This document shows positions 8,307-19,177 of a stretch of DNA of 50,098 bases, in pieces. The notes below the pieces were generated by a model. It was not told where the DNA came from. It saw nothing but the letters and a program-made list of their open reading frames with translations, and searched no databases. This stretch comes from Patescibacteria group bacterium. GTDB taxonomy: Bacteria > Patescibacteriota > Minisyncoccia > Phycocordibacterales > DATDWN01. Location: positions 1 to 50,098 of the forward strand of contig JAZKAN010000004.1 of NCBI GenBank assembly GCA_040389125.1, in the 5' to 3' direction. Made by a program: the position numbers and the translations under genes. Numbering within the stretch: the stretch's first letter is position 1; the number at the start of each line of letters is the position of its first letter.

Positions 8307-9593
8307 TTATTTTCGAATTATTCCCAATATTTCCTCGGCTTTCACTTTGACTTCCTCGCCGGTTGTCATATTTTTGAGTGGATACACACCTGTTGTGGCT
8401 TCGTTTTCGCCAATGCAGATAACAAATGGAATGGATTGTTTGTGCGCTATTTTGAGCTGGTCACCAATTTTTTTGCCAGATAGATCTACGGATACATTGA
8501 GAAATACAGATCGCAGTTGTGTGGCGAGCAGATTTGCGTTGTCTATAAATTCTGGACCAAGTATGCAAATGTGGATTTCTGTCGAGGATCTGTATTCCGG
8601 AAGAAGTTTGTGTGTTTCCATGAAATCCCTCGCAGTTACATCGCCCGCGCCAAACCCCACAGTGGGTATTTTCCGTGCACCAAATATATCGAGGAGGTCA
8701 TCGTAGCGTCCACCACCGAACACAGATCGGTTGTTGTCAGGATGTGTATCGTGCACCTCGAACACAATACCAGTATAGTAGTCAAAACCTCGCATGATAG
8801 TCGGGTCAAATACCGCGTTCCCAATACCCAGTTTGGTTAACTTTTCGAGTACATCAATCAGGTTTTTTGAGTTTTTATTGTCTGGACCGAGTGTATCGAG
8901 TACGCGTTCGTTTGATGAGAGCGTGCGAATAAAATCAGATGATTTGCTACCAATGACATTTTGAATACCATCTGCAAATGCATCCTCAGAAATTTTATCT
9001 TTTTTGTCTATCAGTTTTGTAACTTTTTTTAACTCGTCATCGGTGAGTGAAAAATGTGCAAACAAGTCATTTATTATTTTCCGACTGTTAATGCGTATGA
9101 CGAAATCAGACTCACGAGCTCCAAACATTTTCATAAGACTACTCGCAATAGAAATTATCTCGACATCTGCATCGTTTGACTCGACACCAAAAAGATCAGC
9201 GTTAAGCTGCCAGTGTTCACGCAGTCGTCCGCGTTGAGGTTTCTCGTAGCGAAACAGGTTCGGCATGGAAAACCATCGGAGTGGAAATGTAAGATCGCGT
9301 TCACGGCTTGCGACCATACGTGCAACAGTTGGAGTCATTTCAGGTCGCAATGTGACTTCACGGTCGCCACGATCGGTAAATGTGTATGTTTGTTCGTTTA
9401 CTATTTCCTCGCCAGATTTTGCACGATAGAGCTCTGCGGGTTCCAAAATAGAGGCAGAGTATTCGACGTATCCGAAACTCTGTAAAGTTCGTCGCCAAAT
9501 CATAAATATGTAGTTCTGAATGAACATGTCCTCGGGGTAGAAATCGCGGACGCCCTTGTAGCTGTCGGTACTCAGTTTTGATTTTTCACTCAT
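8307..9593 (-). CDS. hisS: Histidine--tRNA ligase
   Basis: Class II aaRS/HisRS motifs: KGVRDFYP, LRPEMT, RYEKPQRGRLREHWQ, GGGRYD, GFGAGD. Start taken at MSEKSKL (9593). The ORF-track extension to 9695 overlaps truB. Confidence 0.9.
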   Translation of the reverse strand: MSEKSKLSTDSYKGVRDFYPEDMFIQNYIFMIWRRTLQSFGYVEYSASILEPAELYRAKSGEEIVNEQTYTFTDRGDREVTLRPEMTPTVARMVASRERDLTFPLRWFSMPNLFRYEKPQRGRLREHWQLNADLFGVESNDADVEIISIASSLMKMFGARESDFVIRINSRKIINDLFAHFSLTDDELKKVTKLIDKKDKISEDAFADGIQNVIGSKSSDFIRTLSSNERVLDTLGPDNKNSKNLIDVLEKLTKLGIGNAVFDPTIMRGFDYYTGIVFEVHDTHPDNNRSVFGGGRYDDLLDIFGARKIPTVGFGAGDVTARDFMETHKLLPEYRSSTEIHICILGPEFIDNANLLATQLRSVFLNVSVDLSGKKIGDQLKIAHKQSIPFVICIGENEATTGVYPLKNMTTGEEVKVKAEEILGIIRK

Positions 9594-9616
9594 AGTACGT
9601 ATAGTGTATATAAAAA

Positions 9617-10504
9617 ATGGACAAGAAACAAGAAATAAAAAATGAGCTACCAAAAGGCGTGCATGTGTTGTATAAAAAGCTGGGCGAAACGCCACTTGAA
9701 TGCATAGAACGATTTAGAAATAAAAATCCAGAATTACAGGGTGTCAGTATAACGTATGCGGGGCGACTTGATCCGATGGCAGAGGGTCTTTTAATTGTAT
9801 TGTCGGGTGATGCCGTGCATGAAAAGGAAAAATATCTAGGAATGTCGAAAACGTATTTTTGTGAGGTGTTGTGGGGAGTGGAAACAGATACGCTGGATGT
9901 TTTGGGACTTTTGGCAAGGGAAAATTCTCTTTCCTCATTGTTTTTAAAACACGGTGTCGCTCGGGGGCACTCGCCCGCCTCGCTCTCGGACCGTCGTCCT
10001 GCGTACGGTTTTAAAAACAATGAGTCAGAGAATTTTCCTAGTATTTCAAATCTACAAAACATCTTGAAAGCTTGTGGTGGGGGGAAAATGCAACAACAAT
10101 ATCCTGCTTACTCGTCAAAACCTGTAAATGGGACACCGTTGTTTCAGTGGGCGAGGGAGGGGATAATAAACGAGATTGAAATTCCAAGTCATGAGGTTGA
10201 ATTGTTTGATACTAAGTTTGTTTCGAGGGGGGAAGTTTTGGGAAGTGAGTTGTTGGAGAAAATTAAGGAAAAAATTGGATTAGTAAAAGGGGATTTCAGG
10301 CAGGAGGAAATTGTAGCAGGTTGGGAAAAGTTTTTTGATCTGCAAAGTGAAAATAGTTTTGTGATTGATACAATTCAACTCACTGTTTCGAGTGGATTTT
10401 ATGTACGGCAGTTTGTAGCTGACCTCGCTAGAGAGTTTGGCACAATAGCAACAACTTTTCATATCAAACGTACTCAAATCGGAGATTTCCACAGTGACTT
10501 GTAA
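9617..10504 (+). CDS. truB: tRNA pseudouridine(55) synthase TruB, carrying an unusual GC-rich in-frame insertion
   Basis: Catalytic-Asp motif YAGRLDPMAEGLL, C-terminal motif SSGFYVRQF..DL, and overall TruB layout. Confidence 0.8.
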   Translation: MDKKQEIKNELPKGVHVLYKKLGETPLECIERFRNKNPELQGVSITYAGRLDPMAEGLLIVLSGDAVHEKEKYLGMSKTYFCEVLWGVETDTLDVLGLLARENSLSSLFLKHGVARGHSPASLSDRRPAYGFKNNESENFPSISNLQNILKACGGGKMQQQYPAYSSKPVNGTPLFQWAREGIINEIEIPSHEVELFDTKFVSRGEVLGSELLEKIKEKIGLVKGDFRQEEIVAGWEKFFDLQSENSFVIDTIQLTVSSGFYVRQFVADLAREFGTIATTFHIKRTQIGDFHSDL

Positions 10505-10567
10505 TTTTCTTGAAATAGGTGTTTAATAAAAAAGGAATAGTAGGTAAATCTCAGTCGGGAGTCTTAG

Positions 10568-10906
10568 GTGAAAAAATCCGAGTTTTACAAGATTCAGCTG
10601 GCACGGATGATTCGTGCCGAGTTGAAAGCCCGAAATCTGTCGCAGGATGTTATTGCGACCAGAGCAGGTCTTGATACCCAGATTGTTCTCAAGGTGGAGT
10701 CGGGATACGGAAAAATCGGGATCGGCTATCTGAATAGGATAGTTGATGAAGTGTTCACTCATAAACGGATTGGGGAGGCTCGCTCTCTCTTGCGCAAGAT
10801 TACATTCGAACGTAGAGAGAACGCTCGGGAGGAGGTACGGAAAATACCTCATGCAACTTCACCCACAATTCGTCGGTTCCAACTTCAGAATCGAAAAGCA
10901 AGTTAG
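10568..10906 (+). CDS. XRE-family helix-turn-helix protein (GTG start)
   Basis: GGGAG, 6 nt, GTG. The pattern LARMIRAELKARNLSQDVIATRAGLDTQIVLKVESG is a typical HTH_3 pattern. G+C is higher than in the neighbours. Confidence 0.6.
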   Translation: MKKSEFYKIQLARMIRAELKARNLSQDVIATRAGLDTQIVLKVESGYGKIGIGYLNRIVDEVFTHKRIGEARSLLRKITFERRENAREEVRKIPHATSPTIRRFQLQNRKAS

Positions 10907-10912
10907 TCGCAA

Positions 10913-10940
10913 AATCCCCCAGCCGTGTGTGGCTGGGGGA
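10913..10940. terminator. Bidirectional terminator hairpin between convergent genes
   Basis: Perfect 11-bp stem ATCCCCCAGCC/GGCTGGGGGAT with loop gtgtgt. Confidence 0.7.
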
Positions 10941-10953
10941 TTGATGTATATAT

Positions 10954-12714
10954 TTACGCTTTTCGTGCCACTTCTTTTTTACGGAGTCGTACAGAGAGCG
11001 GAGTAATTTCAATGAATTCGTCGTCGGACATGATTTCCATTGCTCGTTCGATATCGAGTTTGATAGATGCTGCAAGGTACACGGAGTCGTCATTTCCAGA
11101 CGAACGCATGTTGGAGAGTTGTTTTGCCTTGGTTGGGTTTACAAACAAATCCTCACCCTTTGATGCATTTCCGATCACCATACCTTTGTAGACTTCTACA
11201 CCAGGAGAAATATAGAGAACTCCTCGCTGTTGTAGGTTGTCGAGCGCAAACGCGAGTGCCTTGCCTTGCTCCATTGATACCATTGCGCCTAGGTGAGTCC
11301 TGCGGATTTCGCCAACATATGGACGGAAACCGATAAATCGTGATGAGAAGATACCGAGGCCCTTTGTATCAATAATAAACTGGCCGCGATAGCCGAGAAG
11401 TCCGCGAGTCGGTGCCTCGAAAATAAGTCGCTGACCAGTACCGTCTTGTTTTACATTCATGAGGAGTGCACGTTTTTCTGTCAGACGACTGATTACTGAA
11501 CTTGCAAACTCCTCGGGCACATCGATCACGACTTCCTCAAATGGTTCAACTTTTTCTCCATCAACTTCTTTGATAATTACGTGTGGCTGTGATACCTGGA
11601 GTTCAAATCCTTCGCGGCGCATGTTTTCAAGGAGGATCGCGATATGGAGTTCGCCACGACCATATACGATTACATCATCACCACCAGTGAAATCTACTTT
11701 CAGTCCCACGTTGACTTCGAGTTCCTTTTCAAGACGTTCTTTGATTTGACGGGATGTTACAAATTTACCTTCTCTTCCTGCAAATGGTGAACTGTTTACC
11801 ATAAATTCGAGGGAAATTGTAGGTTCGTCAATGGTGATAGATGGAAGGGGCTCGAGTGTGCTATCTGTTGAAATCGTATCACCAATATAAATGTCAGGAA
11901 TACCTGCAACCATGACGATGTCTCCAGCGGTTGCTTCTATTTCGTCTTTTTTACTCATACCCTCAAATGTAAATATTTTGGTCAGTTTGCCGGTGAATCG
12001 TTTACCGCTGGGTTCTGCAACGAAAACATTTGCATTGTTTTGTAATGTTCCGCGATAGATACGGCAAATCGCCATACGTCCGAGGAAGTTGTCGTACGCG
12101 AGGTTGAATACCTGGAGCTGTGCTGGTCCCTCTGGATGAGTGGACGCAGGTGGAACTTGCTCGAGTACCATGTCCAAAATCGGGTTTAGGTTTTTGGATT
12201 CATCTGTCAAATGTAGTTTGGCGATACCTTCGCGACCAATAGCATACAAATATGAAAAGTTCAGCTGTTCGTCGTTTGCGCCGAGATCCATGAAAAGCTC
12301 GAGCACCATTTCGTGTACTGCCTCGGGTCGTGCTGCTGGTTTGTCAATTTTGTTTATAATAACGATAGGTTTGAGTCCTAGTTCGAGAGATTTTTTGAGC
12401 ACAAATCGTGTCTGTGGCATTGGACCTTCCTGCGCATCCACTACGAGTAGCACTGTGTCGATAGAACGGAGTACGCGCTCAACCTCAGAACCAAAGTCGG
12501 AGTGACCTGGAGTGTCCACAATGTTTATTTTTGTGCTCTTATAAAACAGTGAAGTATTTTTGGCATAAATAGTAATACCACGCTCCTTTTCGAGTGTGTT
12601 TGAGTCCATACTTGCCCCCTCCTCTGTCATGCCGTTTTGGCGAAGCAGTGCGTCTGTAAGGGTGGTTTTGCCGTGGTCCACGTGCGCGATAATAGCAATG
12701 TTGCGAATTTCCAT
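10954..12714 (-). CDS. typA: Translational GTPase TypA/BipA
   Basis: IRNIAIIAHVDHGKTTL, DTPGHSDF and NKID GTPase motifs, with EF-G-like domain order, about 586 aa. Confidence 0.9.
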   Translation of the reverse strand: MEIRNIAIIAHVDHGKTTLTDALLRQNGMTEEGASMDSNTLEKERGITIYAKNTSLFYKSTKINIVDTPGHSDFGSEVERVLRSIDTVLLVVDAQEGPMPQTRFVLKKSLELGLKPIVIINKIDKPAARPEAVHEMVLELFMDLGANDEQLNFSYLYAIGREGIAKLHLTDESKNLNPILDMVLEQVPPASTHPEGPAQLQVFNLAYDNFLGRMAICRIYRGTLQNNANVFVAEPSGKRFTGKLTKIFTFEGMSKKDEIEATAGDIVMVAGIPDIYIGDTISTDSTLEPLPSITIDEPTISLEFMVNSSPFAGREGKFVTSRQIKERLEKELEVNVGLKVDFTGGDDVIVYGRGELHIAILLENMRREGFELQVSQPHVIIKEVDGEKVEPFEEVVIDVPEEFASSVISRLTEKRALLMNVKQDGTGQRLIFEAPTRGLLGYRGQFIIDTKGLGIFSSRFIGFRPYVGEIRRTHLGAMVSMEQGKALAFALDNLQQRGVLYISPGVEVYKGMVIGNASKGEDLFVNPTKAKQLSNMRSSGNDDSVYLAASIKLDIERAMEIMSDDEFIEITPLSVRLRKKEVARKA

Positions 12715-12831
12715 GTGACTAAAGTATTAAAAAGTGATATTAAGCCACAATTAAAGCATAAAAAGGGGATTAAAGTCAAATAATGGGGATATGAAGGGTG
12801 CAGAGACTTTTTTCCTTGCTATACTATATAT

Positions 12832-13086
12832 ATGGATCTCTCTTTTATGAAACTCTCTTTGCCATCATTCATTCATCTGAGCAGTTCTTTGTTTGTAAAT
12901 ACTCCAGTTCTTCTCATTATTTTAGGATTATTTTTTGCGGGATATGCGGTCATAACGAGCGTACTCATGTATCACTGGAACACATATGGTATGGGGGCAT
13001 CTGGAGTACATGTGGCGCGTGTGGTATTTCTCTGTGGCTCAGCATTTCTATTTATTATCGCAGGTCTCAGTATCTTTTATTTTTAA
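12832..13086 (+). CDS. Small integral membrane protein (2-3 TM)
   Basis: An 84-aa hydrophobic ORF whose stop lies 4 nt before the next ATG (operon). No family recognised. Confidence 0.5.
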   Translation: MDLSFMKLSLPSFIHLSSSLFVNTPVLLIILGLFFAGYAVITSVLMYHWNTYGMGASGVHVARVVFLCGSAFLFIIAGLSIFYF

Positions 13087-13090
13087 TACC

Positions 13091-13660
13091 ATGGTGTCTT
13101 ACGAAAATTTACATTTGGATGAGGGGGAGCACGTACTCATTGAAGTTCGCAAACATTGGTTCCTGTTTGCAATACAGGCATTCGGTCTACTCATTGGAGG
13201 TTTTGCACCATTTATTTTTTTGACTGCGGTGAATGTTTTTATTCCGGAACTCGTACATTCGATTTTACTTCCTGGAAATACATCTGCACTCTTTTTATTC
13301 TTCTATTCACTGTGGTTGTTGTTTCTGTGGATTTCATTTTTTGTCGAATGGACCAAATACTATCTCGATGTCTGGTATGTAACAGAAAAGAGAATAATAG
13401 ACGTACAGCAGAAACGTATTTTTGATCGCGAGATTTCAAATATTCGATTTGATAAAGTCGAGGATATTACTGTGGAGATTGCTGGGTTTCTCTCTACATA
13501 TCTTGATTTTGGTACGATCAAAGTGCAAACAGCAGGTGAGATTGATTCTGATTTTACAATGACTATGGTTCGAAACCCAAACCAAGTGCGAGATATTATA
13601 TTTAATCAGCATAATGAAATCGGAGATGTACCGATAAAACCTACTACACATACTTCATAA
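13091..13660 (+). CDS. Membrane protein with bacterial PH (bPH_2/YdbT-like) domain
   Basis: The sequence HLDEGEHVLIEVRKHWF is followed by two TM helices and then the typical YdbS/YdbT pattern (YYLDVWYVTEKRIIDVQQKRIFDREISNIRFDKVEDI). Confidence 0.65.
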   Translation: MVSYENLHLDEGEHVLIEVRKHWFLFAIQAFGLLIGGFAPFIFLTAVNVFIPELVHSILLPGNTSALFLFFYSLWLLFLWISFFVEWTKYYLDVWYVTEKRIIDVQQKRIFDREISNIRFDKVEDITVEIAGFLSTYLDFGTIKVQTAGEIDSDFTMTMVRNPNQVRDIIFNQHNEIGDVPIKPTTHTS

Positions 13661-13844
13661 AACTCAAAATATCAAAATATATTGTCTATTCCTGTTAGTA
13701 TTGATTGACTAAACCTTTAATATAATTTCTGTTTTTCTAAATGTTGATAAAGTGAATATTTTTTCTGTGTTATTTGGTATAATAATGCCGTAATTAATAT
13801 GATAAAGATAAAAAAACATTGAGAGTAGTTAATTTATAAAAAAC

Positions 13845-16217
13845 ATGCAGATACAAACAAAAAAAATATTTCAAAACATTTTCGTAGTGATGAAACCTTA
13901 CACACTCCCTTTTGCTCTCATTATTTTTCTTTGTTTTGGTTCCGTTGCCCTAGCGTCTGTCACTATTAGTAATACTGGTATTACTGGTGACTCAGCATTT
14001 ACGAGTATATCTGGTGCTGCAAACACATCATTGGATGTCGGATCAGGAAAAACACTTTCTCTTCAAACAACTAACAATGGTCCTATTGCCACAGGTAGTG
14101 GGCTTTTTTCAGCAGGAGGAAATTTAACAGTTTCTAGTCTCGCTTCAACCACGAATTTAATTGTGAGTGGTATCGCGAGTACAACCCAATTGGTTATTTC
14201 TGGTATTGCAAGTGGAATTCAGTGCCTCCATGTGTCTGCGACAGGACAAGTGAGTGGTACGGGATCTGATTGTGGCAGTGGTTCAGGATCAAGCGGCGCA
14301 ACCGCTACCACTACTTGGGCTCTCACTTCAGCAACAACGATTGTAAATGTCGCATCATCTACCGCTCCATCTGTGGGTCAAGTTTTGACAGCAGTTGATT
14401 CCACACATGCGACGTGGCAGACTCCAAGTACTGGGGGAACTGTAACTACCACGGGTACTATGACTTCTACAGCTTTGGTCACAAGTGCTGGATCAAACGT
14501 AATTCAAAATCCTTCTTCGACTGCTACGCTAGATACTAGTGGTAACCTAAGCACTCCGGGATACGTTGCGGCTGGAGTCGGTGGAACTGCTGCAGGTGCA
14601 TTTCAGCTGGGACAAGGTACAGCTCCAAGCCTCGGTACAACAGCAATAACTATTCACGCTCCTACATCTGTTACTTCATATAGAGTGGTGTTGCCTGGCA
14701 CTTCTTCTAGTGGGTTTTTATTCGGTACAAATTCTTCAAACGTTAACACACTCAGTTTTTTGAGTAATATTCCAGTTGCAAATCTAAATAGTGGTACAGA
14801 TGCTTCAGCTTCAACATTTTGGAGAGGAGATGGAGTTTGGGCTGTACCAAGTGCCGGATCAAGCGGTGCAACAGCAACCACTACTTGGGCACTTTCTTCA
14901 GCAACAACGATTGTAAATGTCGCATCATCTACCGCTCCATCTGTGGGTCAAGTTTTGACAGCAGTTGATTCCACACATGCGACGTGGCAGACGTTAGGTA
15001 CGGGGGGAACTGTTACTTCTAGCGGTAGTCCATTGATTCACCAGATTCCTGTGTGGACTACTTCAACAGATATTAAGGGTATAGCAGTAGGAACCAACAA
15101 CCAAGTACTTCATGGAAGTACAGGGGCAGATCCATCATTCAGCGCTATTGTACAAGCTGATTTACCAACAACAACTATTGCACAAAAGTTTTTTGGCACT
15201 AGCGCACCTGGTTCAGTATCTGGAAATCTTCCAGGAGACTTTTATACTGATACTACTAACCATCATCAATACGTTTGTAATGCACCTTCAGGCACAGCTA
15301 CTCCAGCGTGTACTTCAGTAGCAACAGCAGAGTGGTTGCAGATTGATGGAGGGGCTGGTGGTAGTGGTCTTGCTGATCCAAGTGGAAATGGAATTGTAGT
15401 TAGAACAGCATCAAATACCACAACAAATAGAACTATTACTGGCACATCAAACCAAGTTGGAGTAACTAACGGCGATGGTACAAGTGGAAATCCTACTATA
15501 TCTTTAACCAATACCGCAGTAACTCCAGGGAGTTACACAAATGCTAATATCACTGTAGATCAACAAGGACGACTAACTGCAGCTGCAAATGGAAGTGCAG
15601 GGGGAGGAGGCTGCACACTTTTAGGTGCTACGGGACAGTATATGCAAGTTGCGCATCCTATTGCACCATGGCCATATAACAACTACTCACAAGATAACGC
15701 AACAAGTCCAAGTAACTCTGGAGCAAACGGTACAATTTTATATCACGTATTTATTCCGTGTGCTTTCACTCCAGATAAGATTGCGGTTAAACTCACAACT
15801 GGTGGTAGTGCTGGGTGCAAAATGGAAGTTGGTATTTATGATGACACAAAGACTCTTGTGATTCGCTCTGGTGTTTTGACTGATGCCACTACAGTTGCTT
15901 GTAACTCGGGTGGAACCAAAATACTTACTAGTGCAACAACTCCCGCAGCTACCGGTCTAGGAACACTGTATCCCGCGGGTTGGTATTGGGTGGGAAGTAC
16001 AAGTAATGAAACTACAATTCGAGTAGTTGGATTTATCGGTACAGATGCAAACTTTTTTATGGTTCAGGATACAATAACTGGTGGTATCGGCGGTGCGTTG
16101 AGTGGTGCTCAGGCAACAACAAATGGTACACTGAATTCTAGCTTTGCAACAAGTTCTGGTTTCTCAGCAGCAGCTCGACCATCAACTGGATTTCCCGAAG
16201 TTCTACTTGCAAAATAA
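13845..16217 (+). CDS. Secreted tail-fibre-like surface protein, paralog 1
   Basis: Signal/TM N-terminus and a Thr/Ser/Gly-rich fibre-like sequence. A 47-aa module occurs twice. The motif [24 protein letters not shown] resembles repeats I recall from phage tail fibres and chlorovirus glycoproteins. The C-terminal ~200 aa are unique. Confidence 0.7.
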   Translation: MQIQTKKIFQNIFVVMKPYTLPFALIIFLCFGSVALASVTISNTGITGDSAFTSISGAANTSLDVGSGKTLSLQTTNNGPIATGSGLFSAGGNLTVSSLASTTNLIVSGIASTTQLVISGIASGIQCLHVSATGQVSGTGSDCGSGSGSSGATATTTWALTSATTIVNVASSTAPSVGQVLTAVDSTHATWQTPSTGGTVTTTGTMTSTALVTSAGSNVIQNPSSTATLDTSGNLSTPGYVAAGVGGTAAGAFQLGQGTAPSLGTTAITIHAPTSVTSYRVVLPGTSSSGFLFGTNSSNVNTLSFLSNIPVANLNSGTDASASTFWRGDGVWAVPSAGSSGATATTTWALSSATTIVNVASSTAPSVGQVLTAVDSTHATWQTLGTGGTVTSSGSPLIHQIPVWTTSTDIKGIAVGTNNQVLHGSTGADPSFSAIVQADLPTTTIAQKFFGTSAPGSVSGNLPGDFYTDTTNHHQYVCNAPSGTATPACTSVATAEWLQIDGGAGGSGLADPSGNGIVVRTASNTTTNRTITGTSNQVGVTNGDGTSGNPTISLTNTAVTPGSYTNANITVDQQGRLTAAANGSAGGGGCTLLGATGQYMQVAHPIAPWPYNNYSQDNATSPSNSGANGTILYHVFIPCAFTPDKIAVKLTTGGSAGCKMEVGIYDDTKTLVIRSGVLTDATTVACNSGGTKILTSATTPAATGLGTLYPAGWYWVGSTSNETTIRVVGFIGTDANFFMVQDTITGGIGGALSGAQATTNGTLNSSFATSSGFSAAARPSTGFPEVLLAK

Positions 16218-16269
16218 TAATGATCTAAGGGTCTACGCTTAATAATTTAGAAAGAAATAGTTGCAGTAT

Positions 16270-18960
16270 ATGAAAAATTCATCCCTCATCAGTTTAGGCA
16301 TTCTAGGTCTAGTTCTATTTATTCTACCTCATATTGTTCAGGCCAGCGGAACATCGTTATCCCTCAACACATGGGTTAAAGCAAGTCCTTCTGGACCACC
16401 ACCCATGAGTCTCGGATATGACAAAACAATATATGTTGATAGTCTTGGTGTTCACTGTATTAGAGGAGGATATCACCAACCAATCGGATCAGAGCCAGAT
16501 CAGGCGCTGGCATGTTATTCATATACAGAAAATCGCTGGTTTATTCTTCAAAACTCAGGTATTTGGCAGTCAACCCATAATGGACAAGGTGGTCACGTAA
16601 ACGGTGTGGTCGCATACATGAGCGACTATGATGCACTAGCTTTTCAAACTGACGGTAGTGATAACCAGGTGGATGCATCGTACACTATGCAATTTTGGTG
16701 GTTTGACTTTGCAGGTTTAACTGGACAGAACCGTGCGGTTTCAAATCATTTTTGGTTGGGAGCAGGAACACCAAATGGTGCAGCAGCATACGATCCAATA
16801 AATCATAAATTAGTTATGCATCCAGGTAATGATGGCTCATATAAGGCAATGTCGGTATATAGTCCATCCACAGGAACGGTGAGTTCGCAGACTGTCACAG
16901 GAACTGCACCAGCTAACCCAGGTCTCGATAACCTCTCGATGGTTTTCAATCCGGATGATGGATTAATTTATGTATATGGTGGAGGCAGTGCTGATATATA
17001 TACTATTAATGCGGCTACAAATGTGTGGGCAAAACTTACAACTACTTGTACTGGTGCCGATTGTTCCGGTGCGGCTCCAGCTGCACGACGTGCAGCTGGT
17101 TTTGCGTATTCTACTACCGATCATGTGTTTCTTATGATGGGTGGTGTAACTGGAAATATATGTTCAGGTACTGCTCGCACAGAGACATGGAAGTTTGACC
17201 CAGTGACTCTCGTGTGGACGGAACTTTCACCATCTGGTACATATCTCAATGATAACTGTAATTCTCTTAGTTGGGATCGGCTAACGTACGATGCAACATC
17301 AAATGTGTTTGTGTATGTATCAAGAGGAGGTTCATCTAACTATGCCGATGGTACATGGACAAATTATCCTGTGGGCGTCTATCTGTATGCACTTTCGACA
17401 CCACTAAATTATGGACGTTCGACTCCAACTCGTCTTCCAACATCAGGGGGCTTGAATCGACTTGCCCCAAACACCACAACTGTTCAGTCATGGGCATATG
17501 ATCCTTCTTTGGCTGTAAATGGTACTACAGTCTACACTGGATGGTTGGAATCAAGTTCTCCATTTGATCAGTCGAATTGTGGAATTGGACAACACACGTA
17601 TATTCAAAGTAGTCCAAATTCTGGGACATGGACATTGTTACCATCTGCAAGTGCGTGTACAGCAATGGATCCAGAGCCAACTGGGTTGGCTGGTTATACA
17701 ATTGGATCTCATTTGAAACTAGCTTTCATTAATAGTACTTTATATGCTGCACAAGAAAAATCTAGTCAATCTGTGTTACGAAGTGCTGCGTGGGTGAAAA
17801 CATGGACAGGAAGTACATATGCGAATGCAGGGAGACTGGGCACAGCTAACACATCGGGTACAGCTGTCACTGCAACATCAGGAGATTTTAACGGATTGCC
17901 AACTGCAAGTGGTGGTACAATCATTATTAATGGTACACAGTATACAGTAAGTAGTATTACAGATTCAACACATTTGACACTTTCATCATCTGCGGGTATA
18001 CAAACCGGTATATCTTGGTCTACCGGACAAGTTGGTTGTTTCAATGCACGTTGTTCAAACGTCCTTACACAATATCCAGTATCTCTGATTGCTGCAGGAA
18101 CTACTCCAACAATCGCTCTTATTGAAAATGCACATAGTCCAGTTTCTGGCATACCGGAGTATTATGTCTATGTTGCACAATTTGATGGTGCCCGATGGAA
18201 TGACCTTGGTGGAGTGAAACTCAATATCAATGGTAGTGGCACAAAAGCACTATCTGCTTCGATTGCAAGTGATGGGACTGCTAATGGACTTGCTGCATGT
18301 TGGTCCGAAGAGGTGCTGAGCGCTCGCATTACTACATCTGTTACTGGACAAATCCAATGCAAGACATGGAACGGAACCACGTGGACACGATGGGGATCAT
18401 CATCATTAAATCAGAGTACGTCTGCATGGGCACATGATCCAGTTCTTACCTACAAGGGAGGATTGTACTATCTAGCGTGGACAGAACGCGCGTCGAACGG
18501 AGTAAACAAACTATACGTTTGTGAGTGGAATGGAACAAGTTGTTCTTTGCTCGGTGGAGGAACTCTCAATATAAACACATCAACGGGATGGGCAGATCAC
18601 CCTTCTATCACCACTGATGGTACAGATATCTATGTAGCATGGGAAGAACAGTCATCATTGGGACAACATTCCTTAGGACATGTTAAAAAATGGAATGGAT
18701 CTTCTTGGTCAACCATAGGTGGTGCAATAGCTGCAGATACAATAAATGGAAGTATTGAGGGAATAGAGTTATCACTTGTAAGTGGATCCCCCACAGTAAT
18801 TTTTAGTGAGATGCAATACGGTTCAATGCGACAGGCGTATGTAAAACAATGGAATGGAGCATCATGGGGAGAGCTAGGAGCACCTATAGCTAGTGGAGGC
18901 TTTACAAGTTTAATGTTTGGTTTAGTGAAATTAATTGGAAAAGCGTTACTTATAAATTAA
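16270..18960 (+). CDS. Secreted beta-propeller protein (Kelch-like N-terminal half; C-terminal WNGxxW..LGG repeats)
   Basis: Signal peptide, then Kelch-like strands (YVYGGGS..., FLMMGG...TWKFDP...WTEL). Six repeats of about 55 aa carry (K/E)WNG(T/S/A)(S/T)W...(L/I)GG. Confidence 0.65.
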   Translation: MKNSSLISLGILGLVLFILPHIVQASGTSLSLNTWVKASPSGPPPMSLGYDKTIYVDSLGVHCIRGGYHQPIGSEPDQALACYSYTENRWFILQNSGIWQSTHNGQGGHVNGVVAYMSDYDALAFQTDGSDNQVDASYTMQFWWFDFAGLTGQNRAVSNHFWLGAGTPNGAAAYDPINHKLVMHPGNDGSYKAMSVYSPSTGTVSSQTVTGTAPANPGLDNLSMVFNPDDGLIYVYGGGSADIYTINAATNVWAKLTTTCTGADCSGAAPAARRAAGFAYSTTDHVFLMMGGVTGNICSGTARTETWKFDPVTLVWTELSPSGTYLNDNCNSLSWDRLTYDATSNVFVYVSRGGSSNYADGTWTNYPVGVYLYALSTPLNYGRSTPTRLPTSGGLNRLAPNTTTVQSWAYDPSLAVNGTTVYTGWLESSSPFDQSNCGIGQHTYIQSSPNSGTWTLLPSASACTAMDPEPTGLAGYTIGSHLKLAFINSTLYAAQEKSSQSVLRSAAWVKTWTGSTYANAGRLGTANTSGTAVTATSGDFNGLPTASGGTIIINGTQYTVSSITDSTHLTLSSSAGIQTGISWSTGQVGCFNARCSNVLTQYPVSLIAAGTTPTIALIENAHSPVSGIPEYYVYVAQFDGARWNDLGGVKLNINGSGTKALSASIASDGTANGLAACWSEEVLSARITTSVTGQIQCKTWNGTTWTRWGSSSLNQSTSAWAHDPVLTYKGGLYYLAWTERASNGVNKLYVCEWNGTSCSLLGGGTLNINTSTGWADHPSITTDGTDIYVAWEEQSSLGQHSLGHVKKWNGSSWSTIGGAIAADTINGSIEGIELSLVSGSPTVIFSEMQYGSMRQAYVKQWNGASWGELGAPIASGGFTSLMFGLVKLIGKALLIN

Positions 18961-18984
18961 ATTTTTACATCTCCGAGAGCTATG

Positions 18985-19177
18985 TCGATTTGATAAAGTC
19001 GAGGATATTACTGTGGAGATTGCTGGGTTTCTCTCTACATATCTTGATTTTGGTACGATCAAAGTGCAAACAGCAGGTGAGATTGATTCTGATTTTACAA
19101 TGACTATGGTTCGAAACCCAAACCAAGTGCGAGATATTATATTTAATCAGCATAATGAAATCGGAGATGTACCGATA
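18985..19177 (+). pseudogene. Orphan duplicate of the 3' end of the bPH-domain gene (copy of 13444-13636)
   Basis: A 193-nt stretch appears identical to 13444-13636; the translations on both strands are identical. It lacks a start codon and the N-terminal two thirds of the gene. Confidence 0.8.
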
